DNA of 64,000 bases from Candidatus Multivoradales bacterium (lineage in GTDB: Bacteria > Acidobacteriota > Thermoanaerobaculia > Multivoradales > JAHEKO01), in NCBI GenBank assembly GCA_965248055.1, contig CBDFIJ010000004.1, positions 1,824,001 to 1,888,000 of the forward strand, read 5' to 3'. Below are positions 18,965-28,875 of the stretch, in pieces. The position numbers were made by a program, and so were the translations under genes. The notes below the pieces were generated by a model that saw only the letters and a program-made list of their open reading frames with translations, did not search any database and was not told the origin of the DNA. The number at the start of each line of letters is the position of its first letter. Positions within the stretch are counted from its first letter, which is position 1.

Positions 18965-20608
18965 CTAAGACTCGATCTTTATCGCCTCGGCAACCGATTG
19001 AATCCACACACCCTCATTAGCCTCGTAGGTGCCCTCTTTCTGGTTGAGCCGCGCCATCTCCGTGCCGCCAGCATGGTGGAGACCGATGAGCTTCCACTGC
19101 GAGTTGAAGACCGGGCTTCCCGAGCTTCCGCCCTCGGTCGGCGCGCGGTAGTGCAGAAGTGGCGCTTGGTGGTCGAGAAGCACATTGTCTTGAATTGAGA
19201 AAGAAAGGGAGCCCCCCTTAGGATGGCCGATGACGTAGACACGTTGTTCACCATCCGCGAGTGGTAGCCGCGGTGCCAGCGGATAAGGCTCAAGTCCCGC
19301 AGGGTTTTCTTCAAGCCGCAATAGGCTCGCATCCAGTTCCCAGGGAGGCGAGCTCCAAACAATCTGAGCCACCGAGTACTCATCGTCGTCCCTGGTCTCT
19401 TCTTTGAGCAACTGAAAAGTGACGATGGCGTCGTCGGGACGAAGAGCGCCCCGCACCGCCGGATCTTCACTGACAACATGGGCGTTGGTGAGCAGCATCA
19501 GTTCATCGCCAAACGGCTCATGCAAGTCACCTCCTCGAATGATGAAGCCGGTACCGAAGCCCTGACCCGGTTGATATTCAATGCGCGCGACCGCGCGAGC
19601 TCGATCGATGCCCTTCAGCATGAACTTGTAGTTGACGTAGCGGACCTTGCCAAAGGTTTTTTCGAAATTTTCCGCGTGTGAACCCTTGAGTGCGTTGGAG
19701 TTCAGATGCTGTGGTTGAATGTCCAGGGAGCCACCTTGACGGTTCAGCAGCTCTGCCTTGAGTAATGGCAACAAGCTTGATCCTGGGTCGCTGTCAAGGT
19801 CTAAACGCCAGACCTCCTCGAGTTGCCGCAATGTGCTCGCCAGATGAAACGCCTCAAGATGCGGCTCACTGACGTAACGACTGAGCCAGCCACTGGCTTC
19901 AGTTGTCTTACTTAGGGCGATGCAGGCCTCCATCGCGGTTCCAGAGTCCCAGGTGGTCGCCTGGCCGTTGCTCCATTTCGCGGTCAACAAGTCAAGAATT
20001 TCCTGGGCGATTGTCATCGATCGCGCGGCTGTGTCAATAGTGGCCTGCACCGGTACTCCATCGACCGCTGCCCTTCGCAGCGTGGCAACGGCATTGATCC
20101 CATGCCAACTGTGCTCTGTAGGATCGCTGACGTACGCGGAGTGATACCAGTTAATCGATTGGTTTAAAGCTCGCCGAGCCTCGGCACTTTCAGGGTTGTC
20201 GAAATCGACGTAAATCTGCTTGTAGGCTCGTCCCAGAAGTCCGCGTGCTTCGGAGTGTTCAACTGCGTGTTCCTGTCGATCAGCTGTCTGCTGGACAAGG
20301 TTGTCCAGAAAAGAAATGGCTGCGCACAGGGCTCCTTGATCCAGTAGTGCTTGCGCGTAGTGCTGGCGAATCCGTGGCGCCTGTACTCCGGTCTGTAAAA
20401 AGACGTCTGCTACGCGCTGAAGAAGATTGAAATAGCGTTGGCGTTGGAGGTGTCCGAGAACCTTGCCAGCAGCACCGGACTCGTAGAGTTCGGTGTTTGT
20501 TCTCAGACGTTCGATCAGACGCTCACACAAACGCTCGGTTCTAGCTCGGTCGAACGCGTTGACCGCCGTGTTGAGTTCCCCTTCGAAGTGATCCGGATCC
20601 CAAGTCAC
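18965..20608 (-). CDS. TPR-S/DUF4071-like helical domain fused to a trypsin-like (V8-type) serine protease
   Basis: EARGLLGRAYKQ and WHGINA in the N-terminal domain; triad TNAHVV, LDASLL, TEGGSSGSPV plus GLHHAG; no signal peptide. Confidence 0.85.
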   Translation of the reverse strand: MTWDPDHFEGELNTAVNAFDRARTERLCERLIERLRTNTELYESGAAGKVLGHLQRQRYFNLLQRVADVFLQTGVQAPRIRQHYAQALLDQGALCAAISFLDNLVQQTADRQEHAVEHSEARGLLGRAYKQIYVDFDNPESAEARRALNQSINWYHSAYVSDPTEHSWHGINAVATLRRAAVDGVPVQATIDTAARSMTIAQEILDLLTAKWSNGQATTWDSGTAMEACIALSKTTEASGWLSRYVSEPHLEAFHLASTLRQLEEVWRLDLDSDPGSSLLPLLKAELLNRQGGSLDIQPQHLNSNALKGSHAENFEKTFGKVRYVNYKFMLKGIDRARAVARIEYQPGQGFGTGFIIRGGDLHEPFGDELMLLTNAHVVSEDPAVRGALRPDDAIVTFQLLKEETRDDDEYSVAQIVWSSPPWELDASLLRLEENPAGLEPYPLAPRLPLADGEQRVYVIGHPKGGSLSFSIQDNVLLDHQAPLLHYRAPTEGGSSGSPVFNSQWKLIGLHHAGGTEMARLNQKEGTYEANEGVWIQSVAEAIKIES

Positions 20609-20621
20609 AGATCGCTTCCCA

Positions 20622-21563
20622 TCATAGGTTCAGTTGGCGCACCAGCGTAGAGCGCAATCGATTACCGCCCAGGTACTTCGAGATGTTATGCCGCCAGCGG
20701 CCATAGTTTTGTTCATTAATGTCTAGAACAATCGCCTCAGATTCTCGGCGGTAGTCGTTGGCAACCTTTGGGTCGAGCCCGGCGACTGGATCCAGTTTGT
20801 CGTAAATATTGGCCCATCTCTCGTTAACAACGGTCTCTGGGAACCCATTGTCCCGACTCCACTCTGGTTGCAACTTGTCCTGGATTTCGTCCAAGCCGAG
20901 CGGGCTTCCAATGGTCATCAAAGCGTCGATCTGCGGACATTCGGTGACGCGTTTGAGGCAGTCATACGCGATCACCGTCCCCATGCTGTGACTCACCACT
21001 ATGTGAGGGCCAGCCTTTCGCGAGCCTTCCCGGATCGCTTGGACGAATCGATTGCGTACTTCATCTTGAACTCGATAGGTTTCGCCTTCTCGTGGTGTGC
21101 TCTCGCTGTTGAATAGATAGTGGTGGACGTCACGAAGGAAGGCCTTCATGAACCGACGTTTCAACCACCAAGGCAAAGGGATCCGTTCGAAGTCGACCGA
21201 CTCCATTTGATCCACGGAGGGCTGAAAATTATCATCGCCTTCTGGAGCCGCGGCCAGAAGCCCAAGTTTCTTCGTCAGGCTATCAATCCAGATCTTCTCC
21301 TCTTCTTCCTTGAGGCCGTCCCGCCAAGCCATTTCAGCGTCTTCATCTGTCTTCACAATGACACTGTCGTTACTTTCGTGCTCGGCCATTTCTTTTTGAG
21401 GGTTCTTGTACATCACATCGGCCCAATAGACCATGCTGGAAGTAACCCCTTCAGCGCCTAGATCGAGCCCTTCATCGCGGGCTAGTGACTCGCGCCAGAT
21501 CCGGAGCAAAACATCCCGAGATGGTTTGTTTGCGATTCCATGAACGAAAGTTACGTGTGGCAT
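20622..21563 (-). CDS. Alpha/beta-hydrolase fold protein
   Basis: FVHGIA, nucleophile elbow SHSMG, TIGSPLG, LDPV, C-terminal His (WRHNI); likely start MPHVTF. Confidence 0.85.
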   Translation of the reverse strand: MPHVTFVHGIANKPSRDVLLRIWRESLARDEGLDLGAEGVTSSMVYWADVMYKNPQKEMAEHESNDSVIVKTDEDAEMAWRDGLKEEEEKIWIDSLTKKLGLLAAAPEGDDNFQPSVDQMESVDFERIPLPWWLKRRFMKAFLRDVHHYLFNSESTPREGETYRVQDEVRNRFVQAIREGSRKAGPHIVVSHSMGTVIAYDCLKRVTECPQIDALMTIGSPLGLDEIQDKLQPEWSRDNGFPETVVNERWANIYDKLDPVAGLDPKVANDYRRESEAIVLDINEQNYGRWRHNISKYLGGNRLRSTLVRQLNL

Positions 21564-22058
21564 AGTAGCTTTCCACTCACTCTTCAAAAATCGACTGACC
21601 CTGCTTGGCAACTACCCTACCATTGAGCCGCTCCGGCTCATCAACGAAACCATCTTCCGGCATCAAAGTCGCTCGCACTTTGTCTCCCCAGGACTCGCGA
21701 ACTTCGGACTGCCCAAGTAATTCGATAATCTCGAATCATGAACACACCTACCTGGCACGGATGAACGACAAGGGAAAACGCTGAGTCTTACGAGCGTTTA
21801 CTGGAGATAGAAATCTTTCCGGGAAGCGCGGCCAAACAATTGGCTGGATACCGTCATGTTGAACTATTCTGCGGTTGGGTTGACTGGCGCCAAGGTGAGT
21901 TGTGACCGTCATGTGGTTTGACGACCTGGTTTCTGTACGCCAGTTCGCAGGAGATGCCTATTTGGGCAGATGAAGCGAGGAGAATTCTTGCTCGATTAGA
22001 TGAATAGTCTATGCATTTTGAAGTACGCCAGAGTGTGTCGGCATCCAAGGAGGTGTAG

Positions 22059-22985
22059 GTGAAGATCGTAGTGTTTGGTGCTGGCGGGGTCGGCGGTTAC
22101 TTCGGGAGTCGTTGGAGCGAGGCTGGACTCGATGTCACCTTGGTCGCCCGAGGAGATCATCTAGAAGCCGCTCAACGATCTGGGATGAAAATCGTGAGCC
22201 CGTTGGGAGACTCCCTCGTCCCGGTGCCGGTCACAGACGATCCTTCCGCGATCGGTGAAGTTGATGTGGTCATTGTCGCAACCAAAACTTGGCAACTCTC
22301 TCAGGCAGTGCGAGTAATCAAACCTTTAGTGGGCGAAGAAACCATGGTCGTCGGGCTGCAGAATGGCGTCGAGACCGCTGGCCAGATCACAGAGGCTTTG
22401 GGCGCTGACCGTGCTCTGGGTGGGAGTTGCCGGATCATTAGTTACATAGAACAACCCGGAGTCATCCGCCACGTGGGGGCGGACCCCACCATCATCCTGG
22501 GTGAACTTGGCGGTGGAAATTCGGACCGTGCGCGACGCGTGGTGGACACCTTGAACCCAGCGCCCGGTCTCGAGGTTCACCTCAGCGACCAGATCGAGTC
22601 GGTGATTTGGCACAAATTCCACTTCTTTGCCCCGGTTGCCGGTGTCAGCTCGGTGACCCATGCCGCGATCGGGACAATGCGGTCCACGCCTCAAGTACGC
22701 TCGATGCTGCGAGCCGCGATGGATGAAGTGGTCGCAGTGGCGCAAGCCAATGGCATCACAATGGATGACAACACCACCGACCGTTCGCTGGCCTTTGTCG
22801 ACAAGCTCCCAGAGAACGGCACCAGTTCGATGCAGCGCGATTTTGCCGCTGGGCGGCGCACCGAACTGGAATCTCTGAATGGTGCCGTGGTGCGCATGGG
22901 ACAACAACTGAACGTCGCGGTACCGGTGAACGCACTTCTGTACGCTGCCTTGCTCCCTCGAGAACTCCATGCCCGTACCAGATGA
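22059..22985 (+). CDS. panE: Ketopantoate reductase
   Basis: GAGGVGG, LQNGV, SSMQRD, TELESLNG. Confidence 0.92.
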   Translation: MKIVVFGAGGVGGYFGSRWSEAGLDVTLVARGDHLEAAQRSGMKIVSPLGDSLVPVPVTDDPSAIGEVDVVIVATKTWQLSQAVRVIKPLVGEETMVVGLQNGVETAGQITEALGADRALGGSCRIISYIEQPGVIRHVGADPTIILGELGGGNSDRARRVVDTLNPAPGLEVHLSDQIESVIWHKFHFFAPVAGVSSVTHAAIGTMRSTPQVRSMLRAAMDEVVAVAQANGITMDDNTTDRSLAFVDKLPENGTSSMQRDFAAGRRTELESLNGAVVRMGQQLNVAVPVNALLYAALLPRELHARTR

Positions 22986-24028
22986 GCATGAGGTTGATCA
23001 GAGGGCGTTTCCAAGGCCTGGGACATCTTCGTCATTTAGGGGTATCTTGGGTCATGACCCAAGATATCGCTGAGAAACGTATCCGAGCATTGAGATTCTG
23101 GCAGGAGCATGGGATCGATGCAGCGATCGATGCATTTTCGGTGAGCCGGAGGACTCTGTACCGCTGGAAGTCTCGTCTTGGTAGGTGCAAAGGAAAGCTA
23201 ACCTCTCTAAACCCTCAATCAACAGCTCCGAAGAAAAGAAGACGGCGCAAGTGGCCAGCTGAGGTGGTCTCTGAGATCGGTCGATTGCGGGTCAAAGAGC
23301 CCAATCTTGGCAAGGACAAGATCTATCCGCTGTTGAAACCCTGGTGTGAAGTAAGGGGAATTCCCTGCCCCTCGGTGAGCACCATCGGCCGCATCATTGG
23401 CGATGCTCCCGACAAGATGCGCTTGGTGCCTCAAAGGATTGATCGCCTGGGTCGAGTGAAAGCAAAACGAAAGCGTAAGCCTCGCAAACCTAAAGGAACC
23501 AAGGCATGCTCGCCTGGCCAGTGGGTGGCAGTAGATACCATCGAGCGATTCTGTGATGGCCAACGCCGGTACTTGATCACTCTGACCGATGCCGCCAGCA
23601 GCATGAGTCTGGCAATAGCCACCAACTCCCACACCTCGAGCACGGCAGCGCGCTTTCTGGACCTGAGCCTTGATGTCTTGCCATTTGCTGTTACTACCGT
23701 GCTCTCAGACAACGGTAGTGAGTTTCAAGGAGCCTTCGACAAGAAAGCTGCTGAGGCTGGAATCAAACGCTGGTACACCTACCCCAGGTGCCCGAAGATG
23801 AACGCCCAAGCCGAGAGATTCAATCGAACCATCCAGGAGAAATTCGTTGACTACAACGAAGACTTGCTCTTCACTGACCTCCAAGCTTTCAACCAAAAAC
23901 TCTTCGACTGGATGCTCTGGTTTAACGCCGAAAGGCCCCACTGGAGCCACGGACAAAGACCACCGCTACAATACGTAGCGGAACATACCGATCAGTGCCA
24001 AATGTCATGGACGCATACAAACTCTTGA
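22982..24028 (+). mobile_element. IS481-family element, DDE (rve) transposase
   Basis: HTH VSRRTLYRWK, AVDT, SDNGSEF, MNAQAERFNRT, FNAERPH; probable right end ...GCATACA at 24019; left end not identified. Confidence 0.88.
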
Positions 24029-24053
24029 CGGCCGAGAAGGCAGTCGCTACCCT
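24025..24053 (+). promoter_or_regulatory. Putative sigma70 promoter of the radical SAM gene
   Basis: TTGACG-N17-TACCCT. Confidence 0.55.
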
Positions 24054-24181
24054 TTTGGAGTTGAAAACTCATTTGGTGGCGAACGTAGTTGGTTCGGTTT
24101 GGGCTAAACAAGCTGAAGACAAACGACCGGCCGTTCGTCATCTGTAGGCAGTGCAACTTGGCTGTCAAAAAGGAGATGATG

Positions 24182-25774
24182 ATGAGCTTGGATCACAACC
24201 CCGCAACCTTGGCCGCTCCTGAGCCTTTCTTTGTCGGGGAAGAGCAAACAGATAGGAACCTAGTCTTCCTTCTCGACCCTCTCGTGGGGCAGGGAATGCG
24301 CAGTGATGTCGAGATCTCGATCCCGGGGCGCACCACCTACACCGGCAGTCCGGTGGGATTCAAAGACCCCATTGCGATTCAATACATCGCCGCCCACTTG
24401 GAATCGAAGGGGTTTGAAACGTTGGTGATGATGAAGGCGCTAATGGAAGACCGGGAAATTCTTGGCAGACTTAGCGACGTCGAAGATCGACTACTTGCGA
24501 TCTGCATCGCTCTGCACTCGACTTACATGGTCCCGGGAGCCTTGGAGTTTGCGCGTAATCTCAAAACTTCCTTCCCAGATATTCCACTGATTGTCGGTGG
24601 CTATCACCCCACCGGAGATCCCGAAATCGCCCTCGACCCATCCATCGACTTTGCCATCCTGGGAGAAGGAGAAGCCGCTTGCGAAGAGTTACTTCGCGGG
24701 CTGCAAAACGGTGCAACCAGTGATGACTTCGCCAACATGCCCGGCCTCGCCTTTCGTGGTTCTAACGGCGAAATGATGGTGACCCCCCGGGGGCCACGGG
24801 TAGAGTTTTCAGAGCTGCCGTGGCCCAAACGTGAGCAGGAGATCTTGGATCTGTGTCACCCTGGGCCGCTCTCCTATCCGCCGGTAGGTAACGTCGCCCA
24901 AATCGCCTACTCGCGTGGCTGCCCCTACGGTTGCAACTTCTGTGCTTCGGTGGGAATGTGGAAACGGATCGTCAACTACCGTGAGCCTGCCGACGTGGCG
25001 GCAGAAATGAAACACCTGATCACGCACCACGGGGTCAACAATTTTTTCTTTTGTGACCTTTCTTTCAACGGCGTCAAAAAGAAGCTCTTGGAACTTTGTG
25101 ATCACACCGAGCAGCTTGCCGTCGAAGTCGATGTCGAATTTGGCTGTCACGTGATGTGTACCAGCACCATCATCGACGAGGAGGTTCTGGCGCGGATGAA
25201 AGCAGGTCGATTCTGGAAAATCGATTACGGACTCGAAGACGTGCTGGAGGGAACCATCAGCCGGATCAAGACCTTCCAAAAGATCAGTCGCATCCGCACC
25301 ACTTTGGACCAAACTAATCGCTACGGCATCTTGATGCGCGGTTTGATGATGATCGGCTATCCCTGGGAGACCGAAGAGACCATGAATATGCGTGAGGAGC
25401 TTATTGATCAGTTCTTGGTCGACCAACTGCGGCTGTGTTTCTACACCCCATACAAAGGCACACCGCTTTACGACGAGGTCAAAGATCGCATTATCGTCGA
25501 GGCCGATGGCATGACCACTGACCGGCCGGCGATTCGCTGCGGCGGTATTTCCTCTGAAAAGTTAATGGCCAGCGTGCCGCGCCTGTTGCGGCGGCTGTAC
25601 AACTCGGATAATTACGCAGCACACATCGCCCAGAAGTGTGGTGATTTCCCTGAACTGGCGCCCTCGTACGACCACTTCTTTCAGTATCTTCACAAGAAGG
25701 AACTAACGACGGCTGCTACCTCTGAACGCTTGAGGCTGACTACCGAGCGAAGCCTTCTGGCGATCGGAGCGTAA
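24182..25774 (+). CDS. Cobalamin-binding radical SAM enzyme (class B methyltransferase-like)
   Basis: IVGGYHPT, GEGE, SRGCPYGCNFC, MIGYPWET; RBS AAGGAG before an ATG run at 24176-24184. Confidence 0.88.
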   Translation: MSLDHNPATLAAPEPFFVGEEQTDRNLVFLLDPLVGQGMRSDVEISIPGRTTYTGSPVGFKDPIAIQYIAAHLESKGFETLVMMKALMEDREILGRLSDVEDRLLAICIALHSTYMVPGALEFARNLKTSFPDIPLIVGGYHPTGDPEIALDPSIDFAILGEGEAACEELLRGLQNGATSDDFANMPGLAFRGSNGEMMVTPRGPRVEFSELPWPKREQEILDLCHPGPLSYPPVGNVAQIAYSRGCPYGCNFCASVGMWKRIVNYREPADVAAEMKHLITHHGVNNFFFCDLSFNGVKKKLLELCDHTEQLAVEVDVEFGCHVMCTSTIIDEEVLARMKAGRFWKIDYGLEDVLEGTISRIKTFQKISRIRTTLDQTNRYGILMRGLMMIGYPWETEETMNMREELIDQFLVDQLRLCFYTPYKGTPLYDEVKDRIIVEADGMTTDRPAIRCGGISSEKLMASVPRLLRRLYNSDNYAAHIAQKCGDFPELAPSYDHFFQYLHKKELTTAATSERLRLTTERSLLAIGA

Positions 25775-25868
25775 AGCTAGAAAATTCACCGGATACCGGT
25801 CAAGCAAGCAGCGTGCTCGGAGAAACGATAGATTTGCCGGACGGACGGGACTCTACGTCAAGGTAACG

Positions 25869-26819
25869 ATGGCCGATCTACACCAACTGCTACTCAAAAC
25901 TAGCCGGACCTTTGGGCTGTCGATTCCTTTGCTTCCGAATCCAACTCGAAGCGAGATGACCCTCGCTTATCTGCTCTTCCGCATCGCAGACACCTTCGAG
26001 GACGCCGTCGGTTGGTCTACTTCGCGCCAGGTCGAGGCTCTCAAAGACTTTGCCGAACTACTCATCTCACGCGATCGGGTCGAGGCTCAACACTTGGCTT
26101 CACAGTGGTTGGATCAACCGCCGACGATGCACCAGGGCTACCTAGAACTCTTGGAAGCGACGCCCGCGGTGATTGAGGCGCTAGACGAACTCGACCCCGC
26201 AGCAGCTGAAATTCTGGTCCGCCACACCCGCCGTACCGCCTCTGGGATGACCGAGTTCGTCAACTCAAGCTCTTCAACCGGTGAGCTTAGGCTGGAGAAT
26301 ATGGCAGCACTGCGTCGCTACTGCTATGTGGTCGCCGGGATCGTCGGCGAGATGCTCAGCGACCTATTCGTTCTCCGTTGTGCTGCGCTCGCTGACTATC
26401 ATGCCGAGTTGATGCGGGGGTCAGAGCTTTTTGGCGAAGGACTCCAGTTGGTCAATATCCTGAAGGATTCAAACACCGACGCCAGCGAAGGCCGAGTCTT
26501 TATTCCCCCCGCGGTCAACCGTGGAGCAATTCTTGAAGTTGCCCATCGTGGCCTGGAGGGCGGAGCTCGCTACATCCTGTTGTTGGATCGCTGTCTGGCG
26601 CCGCGCGGGTTCGCCACGTTCCTCACGCTGCCGCTTTTGCTCGCTTGGGGAACGCTGGATGGATATGTCCGCGAAGGTGCCGGTTTCAAACTGTCGCGAC
26701 CTCGGGTTGCCTCACTCTCAGCCGCCGTGGAGCAATTGATGAGCGGCCCCCCCGGTAGTCTGTCCTACAGTCAATTTCGTGCGGCCTATGCTGACAGCAG
26801 CCAACCAGAGACGACCTAA
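25869..26819 (+). CDS. Squalene/phytoene synthase (SQS-like)
   Basis: TSRTF flap, RIADTFED, YCYVVAGIVG, GLQLVNILKD. Confidence 0.9.
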   Translation: MADLHQLLLKTSRTFGLSIPLLPNPTRSEMTLAYLLFRIADTFEDAVGWSTSRQVEALKDFAELLISRDRVEAQHLASQWLDQPPTMHQGYLELLEATPAVIEALDELDPAAAEILVRHTRRTASGMTEFVNSSSSTGELRLENMAALRRYCYVVAGIVGEMLSDLFVLRCAALADYHAELMRGSELFGEGLQLVNILKDSNTDASEGRVFIPPAVNRGAILEVAHRGLEGGARYILLLDRCLAPRGFATFLTLPLLLAWGTLDGYVREGAGFKLSRPRVASLSAAVEQLMSGPPGSLSYSQFRAAYADSSQPETT

Positions 26820-26878
26820 ATAGACCCGGCAGCGGGAACTTCCAGCAGATAACGTGCGTAGGAATGGGGTGGGTGAAG

Positions 26879-27220
26879 ATGAGTGAGACCATCAGTTGGG
26901 CTGAATTTGAGGCCGTCGAGATCCGCGTCGGCACCATCGTCAAAGCCGAACCGTTTCCCGAGGCGCGCAAGCCAGCCTACAAACTTGAGGTCGATCTCGG
27001 CCCTGAACTGGGGATAAAGAAATCCAGCGCCCAAATCACCGACCTCTACTCGATTGAAGAGCTGGTCGGTCGTCAGGTGGTAACGGTGACCAACTTCCCG
27101 GCCAAGCAAATCGGCCCGGTTCGATCCGAGATCTTGGTCACCGGGTTTTGCCGACCAGACGGCGCGGTGGTCTTGGTTGTCCCCGACAAACAGGTGCCCA
27201 ATGGAACTCGCTTGGCGTAA
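26879..27220 (+). CDS. csaA: CsaA tRNA-binding/chaperone protein
   Basis: FPEARKPAYKL, KKSSAQIT, NFPAKQIG. Confidence 0.93.
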   Translation: MSETISWAEFEAVEIRVGTIVKAEPFPEARKPAYKLEVDLGPELGIKKSSAQITDLYSIEELVGRQVVTVTNFPAKQIGPVRSEILVTGFCRPDGAVVLVVPDKQVPNGTRLA

Positions 27221-28049
27221 GTACAGACCCAACGACAAGATAGCTGCCTTCTTCTTGATGGTGGCGTTGGCTCATACACCTTTTCTCTTGGCGAAGCCAT
27301 CGTCTGCGGTGAGACCCCCGACCCTACTCCTGTCCCTGTCCCTGTCCCAGCCCCAGCCCCAGCCCCAGCCCCAGCCCCAGCCCGAACTCAATATCCTGTT
27401 CATCGGCAACAGTCTGACCTACGCTAACGATCTGCCAGATACTCTCGAGAAACTGCTCGACAGTGTTGGGGTTAGGGTGGGCTCGATTGAGGCGGTCGCC
27501 TACCCCAACTTTGGGCTGCAGGATCACTGGCGTGACCGTCGCACCCGCCGACAACTGCGCTCCAAACCTTGGAGTGTGGTGGTCCTGCAACAAGGACCCT
27601 CTGCCACCGAGGGGCGCCCTTCGTTGCTCGAGTACTCGGCTATCTTCGCCGCGGAGATGCGCAAGAGCGGGGCACAACCGGGGCTTTACATGGTCTGGCC
27701 TTCGAGACAACGAGCTTTCGATTTCGATCGCGTCTCCGAGTCCTACCGGATGGCGGCCGAGCAAGTGGATGGATGGCTGTTTCCAGTCGGAGAAGCTTGG
27801 CGCGCAGCGTGGTCCCGCACTTCCGACCTGCCGCTCTACGGCCGCGACGGCTTTCATCCGAGCAGGCTCGGCAGCCTGTTGGCGGCGTTGGTGCTGAGCA
27901 AGCAGCTAGCCAACGTCGACCTTCAAGATTTCGCGGTAACTCAATCCTTAATCGAGCTTGGAGTACCTGCGCTGGTGGTTCCCCTGCTCACCCAGGCGGC
28001 AGAAGAGGCGATCCAAACCCATGGTCGTCAACCAGTAGGCACTCTGTAA
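27201..28049 (+). CDS. SGNH/GDSL hydrolase (start uncertain)
   Basis: LFIGNSLT, VVLQQGPS, DGFHPS. Confidence 0.85.
   Translation: MELAWRKYRPNDKIAAFFLMVALAHTPFLLAKPSSAVRPPTLLLSLSLSQPQPQPQPQPQPELNILFIGNSLTYANDLPDTLEKLLDSVGVRVGSIEAVAYPNFGLQDHWRDRRTRRQLRSKPWSVVVLQQGPSATEGRPSLLEYSAIFAAEMRKSGAQPGLYMVWPSRQRAFDFDRVSESYRMAAEQVDGWLFPVGEAWRAAWSRTSDLPLYGRDGFHPSRLGSLLAALVLSKQLANVDLQDFAVTQSLIELGVPALVVPLLTQAAEEAIQTHGRQPVGTL
27330..27383 (+). repeat. Hexamer repeat (CTGTCC)3(CAGCCC)6
   Basis: Encodes LSLSLSQPQPQPQPQPQP. Confidence 0.9.
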
Positions 28050-28072
28050 GAAAGCCTCGTGGCAGACGATCG

Positions 28073-28846
28073 CTAGCTTTTGCTGCTGCGGGCAAAAACC
28101 AGATGGTCGTCAGTGGATAGGCCAGCGTTGAAGCGATAACCATCCTCAGCGAAAGCCTTGAGACCTTGGGGATCCTCAATGCGATTCTGGATCTGAAATC
28201 GAGCCATCATGCCGCGCGCTTTCTTGGCGTAGAAAGCGATGGTCTTCGGCTTGCCGTCGCGGACTTCTTGGAACGAAGCCGCCACTAGGCGAGGCTGCAG
28301 AGAACTCACCGGCACCGCTTTGAAATATTCAGTCGAAGCCAAATTCAGAACCGCGGATACCGGCTTCTTTGCATGCTCGGCATTGAGGCGATCGACCAAG
28401 CGTTGACCCCAAAATCGATACAGGTTGTCCCCTCGGTCGGTGCCCAGCTTAGTACCCATCTCCAAGCGGTAGGGTTGCATCAAGTCGAGCGGGCGCAGCA
28501 TGCCGTAGAACCCGGACAAGATGCGCAGGTGGTCCTGCGCGTAGACCAGGTCTTGTTGGGTCAAGCTAGCTGCGTCAAAACCTTTGTAAACATCTCCTTG
28601 AAACATCTGGATGCAGGCTTTGGCGTTACCAGCGGTCGAAGGAAACTTCATCTGCTGAAAACGGTTGTAATTGAGCTCGGCGAGCGATTCACTGATTCCC
28701 ATCAGCTCGCGTAGGTCGTTAGCACTCAACTTGCGGCACCGGTCTAACAGCAGTTCGGTGTCGTCCTGAAACCAAGGCTGGGTCGTGGGCAGGCCGCTGC
28801 TGGGGGTTTCATCCAGAGTCTTTGCGGGTGAGATCAAGGTCAACAA
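28073..28846 (-). CDS. yaaA: Peroxide stress protein YaaA
   Basis: ISPAKTLD, FQGDVY, PLDLMQPYRLEMG, AKKARGMM. Confidence 0.95.
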   Translation of the reverse strand: MLTLISPAKTLDETPSSGLPTTQPWFQDDTELLLDRCRKLSANDLRELMGISESLAELNYNRFQQMKFPSTAGNAKACIQMFQGDVYKGFDAASLTQQDLVYAQDHLRILSGFYGMLRPLDLMQPYRLEMGTKLGTDRGDNLYRFWGQRLVDRLNAEHAKKPVSAVLNLASTEYFKAVPVSSLQPRLVAASFQEVRDGKPKTIAFYAKKARGMMARFQIQNRIEDPQGLKAFAEDGYRFNAGLSTDDHLVFARSSKS

Positions 28847-28875
28847 AAGTCAGTTCTCCATCAAGGTTCAGCCGG

